A stretch of 64,000 nucleotides of DNA from an uncultured delta proteobacterium. Its GTDB lineage: Bacteria; Desulfobacterota; RBG-13-43-22. Within the stretch, counting starts at the first letter, position 1; every line of letters begins with the position of its first letter. The stretch is taken from NCBI GenBank assembly GCA_963790475.1, contig CAWBOS010000010.1, positions 544,001 to 608,000 on the forward strand, given 5' to 3'. The position numbers and the translations under genes are program-made. Shown here piece after piece: positions 60,727 through 64,000 of the stretch. The notes under the pieces are model-generated. The model did not search any database and was not told the origin of the DNA. It worked only from the letters and a program-made list of their open reading frames with translations.

Positions 60727-63700
60727 ATGACAATCAAAGAAGGCCAAATTCTAATTGGCTCCTTGTTCCATGAACCCATGCGGGTGGAGACCTTCCGTTC
60801 CTGTGGTAACGACACCTGGATTATTGGTTTGGTGGGAACCAGATCCGAACGATTTCGAAGTGTTACCCTGACCAAAAAAGACTTAGAGGGGCTGAAGATC
60901 CTTGACTCCCTCCCGACCTTTGATGGAGATGGCCGTCTACTGCGACTTGGCTTACAGGCCTACTCACTTGGGATTGCCTGGGAATTTGATCCGTTTTTTG
61001 GCCTTTCCATTTCCCGGGTTGACCCACTTCCCCATCAGTTGGCCGCCGTTTATGATTATCTCCTAAAACCCGCCCGAGTGCGTTTTCTCTTGGCCGATGA
61101 CGCCGGGGCCGGGAAAACCATCATGGCTGGGTTATTGATTCGGGAACTTAAACTTCGCGGGTTGGCCGAACGAATTTTGATTGTCTCTCCAGCCAATCTG
61201 GCCTTCCAGTGGCAGCGTGAGCTTAAGGAAAAATTCGACGAAAAATTTCTGGTCCTAAAAGGAAATGATATCCGAGATCAGTTTGGTGTTAACCAGTGGA
61301 TGGAACAAAACCAGGTCATCACCTCTCTGGATCTGGCCAAAAGGGAAGATATCCTTCCGGGCCTTCGTCAAGTCCATTGGGATCTGGTTATTATTGATGA
61401 AGCCCACCGATTGTCCTGGTCGCCGCCATCCGGAAAAACCGCCCGCTATGCCCTGGGGGAATTATTAAGGGATTCTTCCGACCACTATCTTTTGCTTACC
61501 GCCACCCCTCACAAAGGCGATCCTGAGAATTTCTCCCGGTTTCTGCAGCTTTAGGATTCGGATGCCTATGCAGATGTCAGATCGATCCAGGAGGCCATGG
61601 AGCGAAGAAGCGCCCCTTTCTACTTACGGAGAATCAAAGAAGCGATGGTCTATTTTCCGGAACGCCAACCGGACGGCACCTGGATCGCTAAAAAAATATT
61701 TACCAAACGTATCCCCCACACCGTCGATTTTTCCCTTGATGGCGACGAATTCGAACTCTATCGTGACGTCACCCGTTTTGTGAAACGCCAGAGCACCATA
61801 GCCGCTGCCCAAGGAGAGGACCCCCGGGCGCGGGCCATTGGCTTCCTCATGTCTCTCTATCAGCGTCGGTTAGCCTCCAGCACCTACGCCTTACGTCATT
61901 CCCTTCAAAATCGAGCCAGACGACTCGAAGAGGGCCTAAGAAATGCTCATGAACTCCTGCGCCAAGCCCCACCCGGTCTTCCTGATCCGGAGGAATTGGA
62001 AGAAATGGAAGAAGGGGAACGAGAACGGTTGGAGAAAATTCTGGAGGCTGTTACCCTCACCGGCAATGCCGATCAGGTTGAAGAAGAAATCAAGGAACTT
62101 CGTCAACTTGCCCATCAGGCCAAGGTCGTAGAAGAAGCCGGTCTTGAGGCAAAATTAACACGCCTCAAAGAACTTCTTCATAAGGAAGGCTTCTTTGCCA
62201 ATCCTGAACAACGACTATTGATTTTCACTGAATTCAAAGACACCCTTGATTATCTGGTTGAGTGTTTTAAGGAATGGAATTTTCAAGTCGGTTTCATCCA
62301 TGGAAGTATGAAGTCAGGCTCCCGAGATGAGCCGGGCACACGCCTTTTTGTCGAACAGCAGTTTAAAGACGGGGCCATTCAGGTTCTGGTGGCCACTGAG
62401 GCAGCCGGGGAGGGGATCAATCTTCAATGCTGCCATATCCTCTTTAACTATGACATCCCCTGGAACCCCAATCGCCTGGAACAGCGCATGGGCCGAATCC
62501 ACCGTTACGGACAGAAACATGACTGCCTGATATTTAACTTTGTGGCCACCAATACAATCGAAGGTCGAATTCTTCAGCGCCTTCAGGAAAAGCTCCAGGA
62601 GATTCGAGACGCCCTGGACGATGATTCTGTTTTTAATGTGGTAGGGGAAGTATTGCCGGCTGCTCATGTTGAACGGGTTTTAAGGGACTATTATGCCGGG
62701 AAGTTGGGAGATATTGATTTGGAGGATAGGCTGCTGCGGAATGTGGACGAAAACCAATTCCGGGCTATTTGTCAAAATGCCCTGGAAGGGTTGGCCACCA
62801 AGAAACTCAATCTGGAAATGCTGATCGAGCGTAAGGCTTTGGCTCAGGAAAAACGTTTGGTCCCGGAGACTATCGCCCGCTTTATTGCCGAAACATCGGG
62901 CTATGCCGACCTTCCTTTTAATCCGGTCCCAACCTTACCACATACCTTTGAGCCGGGAAGAACTCCGGCCCTTTTGCGGCAATATGAAAAAGATCCTGAT
63001 TGGCGGCTTCCTGTCCTGGCCTCCCGCTACCCCCGATGTTCGACAGATAGGGAGACGGCCGATTCAAACCATTTAGAATGGGTTACACCAGGGCACTCTT
63101 TATTCGAGGCCCTTCGCCGACATACCACCCATCTTGCCCGCGAATCCCTGAATAAGGGGGCTTGTTTTTATTCCCTTCAACATGAAAAAGCGGCACGGGT
63201 AGATTTTTACCGGGCCAAGGTGGTTGACGGACTTGGCAAGATCATTCATGAACGCCTCTTTGCCGTGGAAGTCAAAGAAGATGGAGAAACCCTTCTCCGG
63301 GAGCCGACCATTCTTGGAGATTTTACACCCGATTCTCTACCCGATCCTCTGCCTGAGCTTGCAGAGGCCCAAAATACCGTTGATTGGCTGCATACTCAGG
63401 CCCTCTTTCCGTTCCTGGAAGAGGTCCGGTTAGAACGGTCTAAGGAAATCGAGCGTATTGCCGATCATGTGGAACTATCCCTCACTGAACTCCTTCAAAA
63501 GGCCGATGATGAAATCGGCCGGGCAGCCGCCGAAATTGAACAGGGAATTCAGGGCGCGGAAGGTCGTTTAGCCCAAGCCGAAAACCGCCATGCCGATCTG
63601 TCGGCCCGACGGGAAGGTCGGCGAAGAGAATTGGAACAGCAGCGTTCCCTGGCCATTCAAACCGTCGAGCGGATAACCAGTGTTCTTATTTTGCCTCACC

Positions 63701-64000
63701 CGGAAAGGGAAACTCCTGAGGTCCGCCGCTTGCGCCCGAACCTGGAAACCGAGGCCGTGGCCATGCAGGTGGTTTTAGAATTCGAGCAGGGTCAGGGTCG
63801 GCAGGTTTTTGATGTCCATGAAAAGAATTTGGGTTATGACCTCACCAGCCTGGATATTAACTCCGGGGAATTAAGGCTGATCGAGGTAAAGGGGATCGGC
63901 GGGACAACGGGCACGGTCCTTCTTTCCCCTAATGAAAGACGTGTGGCCGAAGACCGTCGGGATTGCTATTGGCTTTATGTGGTAACCGATTGCAATACTA
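60727..64000 (+). CDS. SNF2-family helicase with C-terminal DUF3883 (PD-(D/E)XK-like) domain; in-frame TAG at 61552-61554; runs off window end
   Basis: LADDAGAGKT, DEAH, LTATPH; after the TAG the same frame gives IFTEFKDT, ATEAAGEGINLQ, PWNPNRLEQRMGRIHRYGQ and GYDLTS...IEVKG. Confidence 0.88.

Noticed and set aside
61552-61554. Pyrrolysine readthrough of the helicase TAG
   Set aside because: The position looks like a Leu in an LLD motif, no pyl genes are in view, and many genes here use TAG as a normal stop.

Overview
A 64-kb chromosomal segment, probably from an anaerobic Desulfobacterota-like bacterium (inferred from gene content). From left to right: (1) acyl-CoA/organic-acid catabolic genes: a FAD oxidase C-terminus, an ADP-forming acyl-CoA ligase subunit, a fused IorA-IorB molybdo-hydroxylase, an SDR, a Liv-type ABC transporter, a hydrolase, tcuAB, an acyl-CoA synthetase and an enoyl-CoA hydratase. 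(2) A ~20-kb anaerobic cobalamin biosynthesis/cobalt uptake cluster (22.6-42.6 kb) with two B12 riboswitches, a CobD-CobQ fusion, a gutted cobO remnant, an AT-rich outer-membrane barrel + cbiMNQO block, and an IS1380 inserted in the cbiE 3' end. (3) A small decayed accessory islet with DUF2283, an integron-integrase-like remnant and VapBC modules. (4) nagZ, a PAS histidine kinase, an RluA enzyme, rpsU, a ~1370-aa selenocysteine formate dehydrogenase fused to a GltD-like module, mnmG, ihfA, rlpA and era. (5) An IS200 element, an AbrB/RelE-like TA pair, and the start of a probable defence locus (SNF2-DUF3883 helicase with an in-frame TAG). Intergenic DNA holds several MITE families that share one palindromic core but have different termini, some nested, plus inverted 7/8-mer tandem-repeat elements at operon junctions. 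About ten single-base frameshifts probably reflect long-read assembly error. In contrast, at least five genes survive only as internally deleted remnants. No rRNA, tRNA or CRISPR array was seen. All calls are by eye; no searches were run.
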